Below are positions 27,187-37,592 of a stretch of DNA of 64,000 nt, piece after piece. A model generated the notes under the pieces. It ran no database searches, was not told the origin of the DNA, and saw only the letters and a program-made list of their open reading frames with translations. Numbering within the stretch: position 1 is the first letter of the stretch; every line of letters starts with the position of its first letter. Source of the stretch: an uncultured Eubacteriales bacterium (GTDB taxonomy: Bacteria > Bacillota > Clostridia > Christensenellales > CAG-138); contig CACXMS010000002.1 in assembly GCA_902768795.1 (NCBI GenBank), forward strand, positions 29,871 to 93,870. The letters are read 5' to 3'. Both the position numbers and the translations under genes were made by a program.

Positions 27187-27230
27187 AAAAGATGTTCCGA
27201 ACCGATATCGGTTTAGGAACATCTTTTTTT
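27187..27230. terminator. Bidirectional terminator between the two convergent K+ transporter operons
   Basis: AAAAGATGTTCC (27187-27198) pairs with GGAACATCTTTT (27216-27227). There is an inner palindrome AACCGATATCGGTT, with A/T runs on both sides. Confidence 0.85.
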
Positions 27231-27272
27231 CATACGAAAAAACCGGTTTTTCGATCGCGGCGCGGCGCAGGA

Positions 27273-28727
27273 TCAGGCGGCAACCTTTCCCGTATAGGAT
27301 CGGAAGTTGAACAAAACGAACAGCGGGAACAATTCAAGCCGCCCGGCAAGCATCAGAAGCGACAAAAGCACCTTGGACGGAGCAGAATAAAACGCGTAGT
27401 TGCCGGTGGGACCGATCTTTCCGAGTCCCGGACCGATGTTGCTGAGACAGGCCAAAGAAGCGGTAAAATTTGTCAAAAAATCCGGTTCGTCGAGCGACAG
27501 CAGCAGCGTCGACACGGTAAGCGACGCAATATACATCGAAAAGAAGATCAGCGTCGTGCGGATCAGTCCGTAATCGACCGGTTTTTGTTCCAGCCGGACG
27601 ATCTGAACCGCCCGCGGATGGATCAGCCGGCGGATCTCCATGAGAATGGTTTTGAACAGAATGATGATGCGGCTGATTTTCAGACCGCCGCCCGTCGATC
27701 CCGCGCAGGCGCCCGTGAACATCAGGAACACCAGAACCATCTGGGAAAACGCCGGCCAGTCTTTCGCAAAATCGGCCGTCGCAAACCCTGTCGTGGAAAT
27801 GATCGTCCCAACCTGGAAAAACGAGTACCGCAGCGTCTGACCGACCGACTGATACAGGTGGTAGACATTGAACGAGATCGCGGCGATCGCAGCGGCGATC
27901 ACGCAAAGGTATACGTGCAATTCTTCGCTTTTGAACGCGTCCTTCGCCTTGCCGATCAGAATGAAATAGTAGAGGTTGAAGTTGATCCCGAACAGCACCA
28001 TGAAAACGGAGATCACGATCTCGATATATGCGCTTCCATACAGGCCGACGCCCGCGTTGGTAATACCGAAACCGCCGGTTCCGGCCGTGCCGAACGCATA
28101 GCAGAGCGCGTCATACAGCGGCATTCCGCCGAACAGCAGCAGGATCACAAGCAGCGCGGTCAGTCCCGTGTACACGCCGTACAGAATCTTTGCAGTATCG
28201 CGGATCCGCGGCACCAGCTTGCCGACGACCGGGCCGGGAACCTCCGCGCGCATCAGATGCAGGGAGCGCTCCTCGCTCAGCGGCATGATCGCGAGCACGA
28301 ACATCAGCACGCCCATGCCGCCGATCCAATGGCTGAAGCTGCGCCAGAACAGGATGCATTTCGGCAGCGCGTCGATGTCGGTCACGATCGAAGCGCCGGT
28401 CGTGGAAAAGCCCGAGGCGATCTCGAACAGGCAGTCCCAGAAGGACGGGAATTTGCCCGAGAACAGAAACGGAAGCGCGCCGAACACGGACAGCAGAATC
28501 CATGCGGCGGCGACGATGAAGTATCCGTCGCGCGCGAAGATTACCGTGCTTTGCGGTTTGAACAGGCAGCAGACGAGTCCGGCCGCCGCCGCCGCGCCGA
28601 TCGCGGGCAGAAAGACCCACGTATCCGCCTCGCCGTAAATCAGCCCGACGATCACGGCCGGCACCATCAGCGCCGCTTCCGCGATCAGAATTCGCCCGAT
28701 CGTATAGGCGATCATTCTCCGATTCAT
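27273..28727 (-). CDS. trkH: TrkH-family K+ uptake membrane subunit
   Basis: 484 aa, polytopic (STTGASIV, GTAGTGGFG, STTGFATAD, GSTGGGLK filter-like motifs). It lies immediately downstream of trkA. Confidence 0.85.
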   Translation of the reverse strand: MNRRMIAYTIGRILIAEAALMVPAVIVGLIYGEADTWVFLPAIGAAAAAGLVCCLFKPQSTVIFARDGYFIVAAAWILLSVFGALPFLFSGKFPSFWDCLFEIASGFSTTGASIVTDIDALPKCILFWRSFSHWIGGMGVLMFVLAIMPLSEERSLHLMRAEVPGPVVGKLVPRIRDTAKILYGVYTGLTALLVILLLFGGMPLYDALCYAFGTAGTGGFGITNAGVGLYGSAYIEIVISVFMVLFGINFNLYYFILIGKAKDAFKSEELHVYLCVIAAAIAAISFNVYHLYQSVGQTLRYSFFQVGTIISTTGFATADFAKDWPAFSQMVLVFLMFTGACAGSTGGGLKISRIIILFKTILMEIRRLIHPRAVQIVRLEQKPVDYGLIRTTLIFFSMYIASLTVSTLLLSLDEPDFLTNFTASLACLSNIGPGLGKIGPTGNYAFYSAPSKVLLSLLMLAGRLELFPLFVLFNFRSYTGKVAA

Positions 28728-28728
28728 C

Positions 28729-30093
28729 TCAGCCCTCCAGAATGCCGCCGAGTTCGGTCAGCCGAACGCCCGCCGTACAGACCAGAACGCGGTCGTTCGG
28801 TTCGATCGCATCCGCGCCGCCCGGAATGATGGCGCGGTTCTTCCGCACGATGCAGGAGATCAGCGTGTTCGGCTTCAGCTTCAGGTCCTTGAGCGGAATG
28901 CCGATCAGCTTCGTCATGTCGGCCGTGGCGGCAAACTCGATCATTTCGGCGCGGTCGTCCGCGATGCGGTACAGCGCGCGCACATTGTCCTCCTCGTCCG
29001 CGCCCGCGGCGTACGCGCGCACGACGCGCACGATCGTATTCGCGGTCACGTTCTTCGAGGAAACGATCGAATCGATGCCCGCGGCGCGCGTCAGCGACTT
29101 CAGGTGATCGGTGTTGACCTTGCAGATGACTTTGGAAATGCCGCTTTGCTTGGCGTACATGGCGGAAAGGATGTTGCCCTCGTCAAGACCCGTCATGGCG
29201 ATAAAGGCGTCCGCGTCCTTGAGGCCCTCCTCGGTCAGAAGCTCGTGGTCGGCCGCGTCGCCGAGCAGCACGACGGCGTTCGGCAGCGACTCGGCAAGCT
29301 CCTGCGCGCGCGCCGGATCGCGCTCGATGATCTTGACATGAAACCGGTCGGACAGCTCCTGCGCGAGATAGTATGTCACTTTGCCGCCGCCGGTGATCAG
29401 CACGTTTTTGATCGGGTTCACAAACAGCCCGAGCTTGCGGAACGCTTTTTCCACTTCCCGCGGCGCGCCGGTCAGATACAGTTCATCCTCCGCCTTCAGC
29501 TCGAATCCGCCGGACGGAATGAACGCTTCGCCGCCCCGCTGCACCGCGCAGACCAGCACCTTCACGCCGAGCTTGGGCGGAAGCTCATACAGCTTCAGGC
29601 CGATCGCCGGATTCCCCTCCGGCAGATGGCAGGAGACCAGCTCCGCGCGCCCGCGCGCAAACAGCTCGACGCGCGTCGCGCTCGGAAACCGCAGGATCCG
29701 TGCGATCTCGCCGGCAAGCTGCCGCTCCGGATTCAGCGTCATCGCCACGCCGAACGCATCGTGGAACAGCGCCGCGTTTTCAGCGTATTCCGGATTGCGG
29801 ACGCGCGCGATCGTGCGCTTTACGTCGAGCCGGTTCGCGACCAGACAGGTCAAAAGATTGATCTCGTCGGAAGCGGTCACCGCAAGCAGCAGATCGGCAC
29901 CGCGAATGGCCGCCTCCTCCAGCACCGAATACACCGCGCCGTTGCCGACGTAGCCGATCACATCGACGGTGTTGGAGATCTGTTCGATCACCTTTTCATT
30001 GTTGTCAATGACCGTGATCTCATGTCCTTCCTCCCGCAGCTTGACCGCAAGGGTCAGCCCGACTTTTCCGCATCCGACAATGACAATACGCAT
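28729..30093 (-). CDS. trkA: TrkA K+ uptake regulatory protein (tandem RCK_N/RCK_C)
   Basis: 454 aa. MRIVIVGCGKVG and a second VLITGGGKV Rossmann motif. Its stop lies 1 nt before the trkH start. Confidence 0.9.
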   Translation of the reverse strand: MRIVIVGCGKVGLTLAVKLREEGHEITVIDNNEKVIEQISNTVDVIGYVGNGAVYSVLEEAAIRGADLLLAVTASDEINLLTCLVANRLDVKRTIARVRNPEYAENAALFHDAFGVAMTLNPERQLAGEIARILRFPSATRVELFARGRAELVSCHLPEGNPAIGLKLYELPPKLGVKVLVCAVQRGGEAFIPSGGFELKAEDELYLTGAPREVEKAFRKLGLFVNPIKNVLITGGGKVTYYLAQELSDRFHVKIIERDPARAQELAESLPNAVVLLGDAADHELLTEEGLKDADAFIAMTGLDEGNILSAMYAKQSGISKVICKVNTDHLKSLTRAAGIDSIVSSKNVTANTIVRVVRAYAAGADEEDNVRALYRIADDRAEMIEFAATADMTKLIGIPLKDLKLKPNTLISCIVRKNRAIIPGGADAIEPNDRVLVCTAGVRLTELGGILEG

Positions 30094-30154
30094 GCAATTC
30101 CTCCGTTTATAAAAACGATCTTACCGTATAGAATACCACTTTTTTCCGAATCTG

Positions 30155-31285
30155 TCAAAGCTTTGCCGCATCCGCCGCGCCCAGAACGAGGGCGATCGCC
30201 TGCGCCGATATGCAGAGCCCCCGCCCCTCGTCGTTCATGCCCTCGGTCGTCGTGGCCTTGACCGAGACGCTTTCCGCCGCAAGCCCCAGCTCCGCCGCAA
30301 TGTTTTCCCGCATCCGGTCGATGTACGGCCGCAGCTTCGGCCGCTGGCAAAGCACCGTCGCATCGACGTGCCGCACCGTCATGTCCCGTTTTTGCACCAT
30401 ATCGGCAGCGCGCCGCAAAAGCACGCGGCTGTCGACGCCGCGATAGGCCCCGTCGGTGTCCGGGAAGAGCTTTCCGATGTCGCCGAGCGCCGCGGCGCCG
30501 AGGATCGCGTCGATGATCGCGTGGATCAGAACGTCCGCGTCCGAATGGCCCAAAAGCCCCTTTTCATACGGGATCTCCACCCCGCCGAGGATCAGCTTCC
30601 GCCCTTCGACGAGCCGATGCGTATCAAACCCTGTCCCGATTTTGGGATATGTATTGCAAAGTTTTTTCGCCCATTCCCAGTCCGCCGCGGTTGTGAGCTT
30701 GCGGGCAAGCTCGCTGCCCGGCACAAGGCGCGGGGTTCCGATATGGCGGGCGTAGAGCGCGGCGTCGTCTGTCGCGCCGCCGTCCGCAAGCGCGTAAGCG
30801 CGCCGGATCTCGTCCGTGCGGAACGTCTGCGGCGTCTGCGTGGCAAAAAGTCCGCTGCGGTCGAGCGTTTCATAATCCGCGCCGTCGGTGCGGACGACCG
30901 TATCGTGGATCGGCAGCGCAAGAACGCCGCTGCCGTACTGCCGCGCGCTCGCAATGCTTGCGGCGACGCATTCCGCGGGTGTGAAGCAGCGGGCCGCGTC
31001 ATGGATCACAACGATCCCGCCGTCCGGCAGAGCGTTCAGTCCGCTTTGAACGGATTCGGTGCGCGTTTTGCCGCCGCGCACAACGGTTTTCGGTACGCCG
31101 ACGTCGAGCGCGGCAAGGGTCGCCTCGTTCGATTCGTTTCCGACAAGCACAAGCGTTTTGCAGCCGCCCTGCACCAGAAGCGCCGCCGAACGCTCGACGG
31201 CAGTACGGCCGCAAAGCGGCGTCAGCAGCTTATCAAAGCCCATGCGCGCTGCGCTGCCCGCGCAAAGCAGAATTCCGGCGATCAT
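30155..31285 (-). CDS. ispDF: Bifunctional IspD/IspF (2-C-methyl-D-erythritol 4-phosphate cytidylyltransferase fused to MEcPP synthase)
   Basis: MIAGILLCAGSAARMG (IspD P-loop) ... GTGFDTHRLVEGRKLILGGV...GHSDADVLIHA (IspF), in one frame with no internal stop. The listed start at 31513 is an unsupported extension. Confidence 0.88.
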   Translation of the reverse strand: MIAGILLCAGSAARMGFDKLLTPLCGRTAVERSAALLVQGGCKTLVLVGNESNEATLAALDVGVPKTVVRGGKTRTESVQSGLNALPDGGIVVIHDAARCFTPAECVAASIASARQYGSGVLALPIHDTVVRTDGADYETLDRSGLFATQTPQTFRTDEIRRAYALADGGATDDAALYARHIGTPRLVPGSELARKLTTAADWEWAKKLCNTYPKIGTGFDTHRLVEGRKLILGGVEIPYEKGLLGHSDADVLIHAIIDAILGAAALGDIGKLFPDTDGAYRGVDSRVLLRRAADMVQKRDMTVRHVDATVLCQRPKLRPYIDRMRENIAAELGLAAESVSVKATTTEGMNDEGRGLCISAQAIALVLGAADAAKL

Positions 31286-31527
31286 CCTTCGAGCACCGTA
31301 TAGAGCGTGTCGGCGTCGTCCTTGCGAACGACCTCGGGCGTCTTTTCGACGCGGCAGACAAAGTGCTTCCCGCCGAGCAGGATGTCCAGCACGTCGCCCG
31401 CCTTGACCTCGGAGGAGGGCTTCGCCACCTTGCCGTTGATCTGAACGCGCCCTGCGCCCGCGGCTTCGTTCGCCACGGTGCGGCGCTTGATGATGCGCGA
31501 AACCTTCAGCCACTTATCCAATCGCAT
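31282..31527 (-). CDS. Small S4-domain RNA-binding protein
   Basis: MRLDKWLKVSRIIKRRTVANEAAGAGRVQINGKVAKPS is an S4 motif. 81 aa. It overlaps the ispDF start by ATGA. Confidence 0.8.
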   Translation of the reverse strand: MRLDKWLKVSRIIKRRTVANEAAGAGRVQINGKVAKPSSEVKAGDVLDILLGGKHFVCRVEKTPEVVRKDDADTLYTVLEG

Positions 31528-31608
31528 ACCGTTTCTCCGTTTTGAAAATACTCTTTTTTTATCATACAACGAAATCCGCCGCGATACAATAGCAGGAGGT
31601 GATTTTTT

Positions 31609-32547
31609 ATGTTTTTCTATTTCCCGATCAAGCAGCCGGACGGAACCGTTGCGGGGAGCGTGCGCGCCGAGCACGGCAGGGCGACGCTGCTGCTGCGCCG
31701 TCCGATCGAGGCCGAATGTACGCTGTTTGCCGACGGCCGGCAGATTCCGATCCTGCAGGGCGTTCCGGTTCCCGCCGATCGGCCCGAGGCCCTGCTCGGC
31801 TGGAAAGACGGCCGAACCGTTCTGTTCGGCGTCGCGCCGGGCGTGCGCGCCGATTCCGCCGAATATGCGGCAAAACTATCCCAAAATCGCACCAAATCGG
31901 AACGGATTCCGACGGTTTCCGTCGGATCCCCGGAAGCGTCTCTGCCGAAAACGTCGGTTGAAACAAAAGCTGTTCCTGAATTTGGTGTAAATTTGTCGCA
32001 TATTGCAGAAAAAGCGTCGTCAGGGAGCGGATTTGCCCAGACGACCGAAGAAGCGGAAGATCCAACCGTGCTGCGGGCAATCGAAGTGTTCCGAACGCTG
32101 GAAACCCTGCATCCGTCCAAAGCGCTGCAGCCGCCCGCCGACAGCGATGCTATCCCGAAAACGGTGCATAACGTGGATAACTCGGTGGATAACCTCGCGG
32201 CGGAGCGCGATAGTCTGGTGCGAAAAAGGGATGAATTTGTCCGAACGGACGGAACGGACGCGCTGCTCGGGATTCGGCACGATGACGCGAACCTGCCGAA
32301 GCTCGATCTGTTCCCGCGCATTTTTCCGGGCGCGACCTGGCGATTCGTCGCGCAGGACGGGTTTTTGCCGCACTTTGAGGGGATCTGGCAGCACGGCGGG
32401 GAGCGGCTGAAGATCCTTGCGGTCCGCGGAACCTATGCGGCGCAGCCCCCGAAGGGTCTTTCGGGGTTCACGCGCTACCTGAAGACCGACGGCGCGGGCT
32501 ACTGGGTCCGGATTCTGCCCATGCCGCACAGCGAAAGCGTTTTTTGA
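31609..32547 (+). CDS. Hypothetical protein (312 aa), no recognisable domain
   Basis: Strong SD AGGAGGTGA upstream of the ATG at 31609. Codon usage is like the neighbouring genes. The middle is low-complexity and the C-terminus has a conserved look (KILAVRGTYAAQPPKGLSGFTRYL). Confidence 0.55.
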   Translation: MFFYFPIKQPDGTVAGSVRAEHGRATLLLRRPIEAECTLFADGRQIPILQGVPVPADRPEALLGWKDGRTVLFGVAPGVRADSAEYAAKLSQNRTKSERIPTVSVGSPEASLPKTSVETKAVPEFGVNLSHIAEKASSGSGFAQTTEEAEDPTVLRAIEVFRTLETLHPSKALQPPADSDAIPKTVHNVDNSVDNLAAERDSLVRKRDEFVRTDGTDALLGIRHDDANLPKLDLFPRIFPGATWRFVAQDGFLPHFEGIWQHGGERLKILAVRGTYAAQPPKGLSGFTRYLKTDGAGYWVRILPMPHSESVF

Positions 32548-32563
32548 TTCGATTTACTCTTTC

Positions 32564-32591
32564 TTGACAAAATAGGATTCTGTGGTATGAT
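32564..32591 (+). promoter_or_regulatory. Sigma-70-type promoter for gdhA
   Basis: TTGACA (32564-32569), 16-nt spacer ending in TGG, TATGAT (32586-32591). Confidence 0.6.
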
Positions 32592-32635
32592 ACTGGTATC
32601 GGAGTATCCGAAAAATCCTGACGGAGGCCAGTTCT

Positions 32636-33985
32636 ATGAATTCTTATATTGAACGGGTTTTAGCGGACGTAAAGCGGCGCGACGCGCACGAGCCGGAGTT
32701 TTTGCAGACGGTCGAAGAAGTGCTGCAGTCGCTTGAGGTCGTTGTGGCGCAGCACCCCGAATACGAAAAGGCGGGGCTTTTGGAACGGCTCGTCGAGCCG
32801 GAGCGCGTCATTCAGTTCCGGGTTCCCTGGGTCGACGACGAAGGGAAGGTTCGCGTAAACCGCGGCTTCCGCGTACAGTTCAACAGCGCGATCGGGCCGT
32901 ACAAGGGCGGTCTGCGCTTCGCTTCACACGTGAATCTTTCCGTTATGAAGTTCCTCGCCTTTGAACAGACGTTCAAAAACAGTCTGACGACGCTGCCGAT
33001 GGGCGGCGCCAAAGGCGGTTCGGACTTTGATCCGAACGGCAAGAGCGACGCGGAGATCATGCGGTTCTGCCAGTCGTTCATGACCGAGCTGTATCGGCAC
33101 ATCGGCCCGAACATCGACGTTCCGGCGGGCGATATCGGCGTCGGCGGCCGCGAGATCGGCTATCTGTTCGGCCAGTACAAGCGCATCCGCAACGGTTTTG
33201 AAAACGGCGTCCTGACCGGCAAGGGCCGCAGCTACGGCGGCTCGCTCATCCGTCCCGAAGCGACGGGCTGGGGCGCGGTGTATTACCTCGAAGAAGTCCT
33301 CAGGCATGAGAACGACACGATCGCGGGCAAGACGATCGCAATCTCCGGCTTCGGCAACGTGGCATGGGGCGTCGCGATGAAGGCGAGCCGGCTCGGCGCG
33401 AAGGTCGTCACGCTGGCCGGGCCCGACGGGTATATCTACGATCCCGACGGCGTCGGCACGCAGGAAAAGTGGGATTACATGCTCGAAATGCGCTCCTCGG
33501 GCCGCAACCGCGTGCAGGATTACGCGGACCGGTTCGGCGTGCAGTTCTTCCCGAAGGAAAAGCCGTGGGGCTGCAAGGTCGATATCGCGATGCCGTGCGC
33601 GTATCAGAACGAGATCGGCATGAAGGAAGCCGAAGCGATGGTTCAAAACGGCGTGAAGTATTACATCGAAGTCGCCAACATGCCGACGACGAACGAAGCG
33701 CTGTTCTATCTGATGCAGCAAAAGGGCATGATCGTCGCGCCGTCGAAGGCGGTCAACGCGGGCGGCGTGTCCGTCTCGGGTCTCGAAATGAGCCAGAACT
33801 CCGAACGTCTTTCCTGGACGGCGGAGGAGGTCGACGCGCAGCTGCATAAGATCATGAAGAACATCCACGACGCTTCGACGGAAGCGGCCGAAAAGTGCGG
33901 CCTCGGGTACAACCTCGTCGCGGGCGCGAACATCGCGGGCTTTTTGAAGGTGGCCGACGCGATGCTGGCGCAGGGCATCGTCTGA
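32636..33985 (+). CDS. gdhA: NADP-specific glutamate dehydrogenase
   Basis: 449 aa: GPYKGGLRF, LPMGGAKGGSDFDP, GFGNVAWG. This is a full-length GdhA pattern. Confidence 0.95.
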   Translation: MNSYIERVLADVKRRDAHEPEFLQTVEEVLQSLEVVVAQHPEYEKAGLLERLVEPERVIQFRVPWVDDEGKVRVNRGFRVQFNSAIGPYKGGLRFASHVNLSVMKFLAFEQTFKNSLTTLPMGGAKGGSDFDPNGKSDAEIMRFCQSFMTELYRHIGPNIDVPAGDIGVGGREIGYLFGQYKRIRNGFENGVLTGKGRSYGGSLIRPEATGWGAVYYLEEVLRHENDTIAGKTIAISGFGNVAWGVAMKASRLGAKVVTLAGPDGYIYDPDGVGTQEKWDYMLEMRSSGRNRVQDYADRFGVQFFPKEKPWGCKVDIAMPCAYQNEIGMKEAEAMVQNGVKYYIEVANMPTTNEALFYLMQQKGMIVAPSKAVNAGGVSVSGLEMSQNSERLSWTAEEVDAQLHKIMKNIHDASTEAAEKCGLGYNLVAGANIAGFLKVADAMLAQGIV

Positions 33986-34181
33986 TTCCCGATCAACAGT
34001 CAATCGGTCGGAACCGGCGCACTCCACTTCATGCGCCGGCAACGGCTGAAAATAAAGGAGGCAATCATCCCTCGGCTTGGGGTGCGGCAGTGTGGAGACC
34101 TGTCGCAATGCGTGTCCGGCATTGCACGGAACGCGAGACGGTTCGTTGGAGAAGTCCGGGGCCGTTAAAGCCAGACGCAGT

Positions 34182-35300
<1,119 letters not shown>

Positions 35301-35312
35301 ACGAAATTCACG

Positions 35313-35514
35313 AAAAGGGCTGCTGATAAGGCGGACAGAATCCGGAATTCTTGCCCGAAGACTGTACTGGCGCTACGCCGAGGACAAGAAACCGGCTGGT
35401 TTTCGGCAAATAATCAAAAGAATGTGCGAACTTGTCGCACATTCTTCTTACAAGTATTCCTTTTCCCTATCTGCCGAAAACGGTCTGACGCCTTTTGCAG
35501 CAGCCCCCCCTTTT
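35313..35514. repeat. Intergenic element of about 200 bp bounded by inverted GGGCTGCTG..AAGGCG arms, containing an internal hairpin terminator
   Basis: Left arm AAAAGGGCTGCTGATAAGGCG (35313-35333) against right arm CGCCTTTTGCAGCAGCCCCCCCTTTT (35489-35514). Internal 12-bp hairpin AAGAATGTGCGA/TCGCACATTCTT (35418-35446). Confidence 0.7.
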
Positions 35515-35537
35515 CCGATACGGAGGAAACCTCACCT

Positions 35538-36764
35538 ATGTCCTTTCGATCTGATGCGGAGAAGATCCTAAAGGCGGCGATCGCGGCGGCAATGCCGGAT
35601 TCCGCCGTTAAAAACGCGCTGCAATCCATAGCGCTCGGCAGCGGAACCGTGGTTCTGATTGCCGCGGGCAAGGCGGCGTGGCAGATGGCAAAGGCGGCTG
35701 TGGACGTGCTCGGCGAACGCGTCGCGCGCGGCGTCGTCATCACCAAATACGGTTACGCAAAGGGCGCGCTCCCGCGCCTTGCGGTCTATGAGGCCGGGCA
35801 TCCCGTTCCGGATGAAAACGGCTTCCGGGCGACGCAGGCCGCGATCGACGCGGTGCAGGGCCTTACCGCGCGGGACGCCGTGCTGTTTCTGCTCTCGGGC
35901 GGCGGCTCGGCGCTGTTTGAAAAGCCGCTGATCCCCGCGGAAGAATTGACGCGGCTGACGGACGAGCTGCTGTCTTCCGGCGCGGACATCGCCGGGATCA
36001 ACACGGTCCGAAAGCGTTTTTCCGCGGTCAAGGGCGGGCGCTTCGCGCTTCTGTGCCGCCCCGCAAAGGTCTTTACGGTTGCGCTGTCCGATGTGCTCGG
36101 GGATGCGCCCGACCGCATCGCGTCCGGGCCGACGGTTCCGGATCCCACGACCGCCGCCGAAGCGAGGGCCGTTTTTTCCCGCTACGGGCTGACGCTGACG
36201 CCCGCGATGGAAGCGCTTCTGGACGACGAAACCCCGAAATCGCTCGATAACGCCGAGATTCAGGTCACCGGCAGCGTGCGAACGCTTTGCACGGCGGCGG
36301 AATCGGTCTGCCGCTCGCTTGGGTACGACCCGCTCATTCTGACGGATCGGCTTTCCTGCACCGCGCGCGACGCGGGCGTTCTGCTCGGCAACCTTGCCGG
36401 AACCTGGGCGGGGCGCGGCAAACGCGCGTTTCTCCTCGGCGGCGAAACCGTCGTCCGCGTGACCGGCAGCGGCAAGGGCGGCCGCAATCAGGAGCTTGCG
36501 CTTGCGGCGGCCGAGGGCCTTGCAGGGCTGAACGCCTGCGTTTTTTCGGTCGGCTCGGACGGCACCGACGGCCCGACCGACGCGGCCGGCGGCCTGGTCG
36601 ACGGCACGGCGGCAGAGCGCCTGCGGCAAAACGGCGTTTCGCTCTCCGCCGCGCTGCAAAACAACGACGCCTATCATGCGCTCGCCGCAATAGACGGCCT
36701 GCTGTTCACCGGCCCGACGGGCACGAACGTCAACGACCTGTCCGTGCTGCTGCTCGGGGAATGA
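35538..36764 (+). CDS. Glycerate kinase / hydroxypyruvate reductase-like protein (DUF4147 + MOFRL family)
   Basis: VLIAAGKAAWQMA...AGHPVPDENG...LLSGGGSALFE...GGETVVRVTGSGKGGRNQE...GTDGTDGPTD. Confidence 0.8.
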   Translation: MSFRSDAEKILKAAIAAAMPDSAVKNALQSIALGSGTVVLIAAGKAAWQMAKAAVDVLGERVARGVVITKYGYAKGALPRLAVYEAGHPVPDENGFRATQAAIDAVQGLTARDAVLFLLSGGGSALFEKPLIPAEELTRLTDELLSSGADIAGINTVRKRFSAVKGGRFALLCRPAKVFTVALSDVLGDAPDRIASGPTVPDPTTAAEARAVFSRYGLTLTPAMEALLDDETPKSLDNAEIQVTGSVRTLCTAAESVCRSLGYDPLILTDRLSCTARDAGVLLGNLAGTWAGRGKRAFLLGGETVVRVTGSGKGGRNQELALAAAEGLAGLNACVFSVGSDGTDGPTDAAGGLVDGTAAERLRQNGVSLSAALQNNDAYHALAAIDGLLFTGPTGTNVNDLSVLLLGE

Positions 36765-36815
36765 TTCCCCGTTTTCCCGCGAAGACCAAACGAACGTTCC
36801 AAAAAGGAGATCCCG

Positions 36816-37556
36816 ATGAACGACGCGCTGTACGAGATGATTTTCAAGCGAAAATCCTTCCACCTGTTCCGGGGCACGGGCGATCTGTCTTTGTCCGACG
36901 GCGAGCTTGCGGCGATCCGAACCGCCTGGAGCGGCTTTACCCCGCTGGATCCCTCGATCCGGACCGCGATCCGCATCGCGCCCTGCCTTGGCCCGCGCGG
37001 CGCGGAATATTGTATCCTGTTCTACAGCGAAAAGAAAGACGGGTATCTGCAGAACATCGGGTATCTCGGGGAGCAGATGGACCTGTATCTCGTTTCCGAA
37101 AACATCGGCACGCTGTGGCTCGGCCTCGGCAAGCCGGACGAAGCGACGTTCGACGGGCTGGATTACGTCATTATGATCGCGATCCGAAAGCTCGCCGACG
37201 GTTCCCTGTTTCGCAAAGACATGTTCAAAAGCAAGCGCGACCCGGTGGAAAAGATCTGGCAGGGCGAGCGGATCGACGGCGTGACGGAGCTTGTGCGCTT
37301 TGCGCCGAGCGCCTGCAATTCGCAGCCGTGGTTCGTGAAAAACGACGGCGCGCTGTCCGTTTTCCGGCGGTTCGGCAAGCTCGGGATCATGCCGAAGAAC
37401 ACGGCGCTCTATTTCAACCGGATCGACATGGGCATTTTCCTCGCCTTTTTGGACCTGTGCCTGAAGCATCGGGGGATCGCGTTCCGGCGGGAGCTTTTTT
37501 GCGACGGCGGCGACGCGCAGCCGCTGACCCTGAACGCCGTATATCATCTGCTTTGA
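36816..37556 (+). CDS. Nitroreductase-family protein
   Basis: IFKRKSFHLF... and FAPSACNSQPWF motifs. SD AAAGGAG upstream. Confidence 0.75.
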   Translation: MNDALYEMIFKRKSFHLFRGTGDLSLSDGELAAIRTAWSGFTPLDPSIRTAIRIAPCLGPRGAEYCILFYSEKKDGYLQNIGYLGEQMDLYLVSENIGTLWLGLGKPDEATFDGLDYVIMIAIRKLADGSLFRKDMFKSKRDPVEKIWQGERIDGVTELVRFAPSACNSQPWFVKNDGALSVFRRFGKLGIMPKNTALYFNRIDMGIFLAFLDLCLKHRGIAFRRELFCDGGDAQPLTLNAVYHLL

Positions 37557-37592
37557 CGAAATTTGCGGCTTTGACGGATTTTGCAAAACAGG

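Noticed and set aside
35568-37586. 672-aa minus-strand ORF, plus the 442-aa plus-strand ORF at 36287-37615.
   Set aside because: Both overlap the glycerate kinase and nitroreductase genes in alternative frames. Their products are Arg/Pro/Gly-rich with no motifs.
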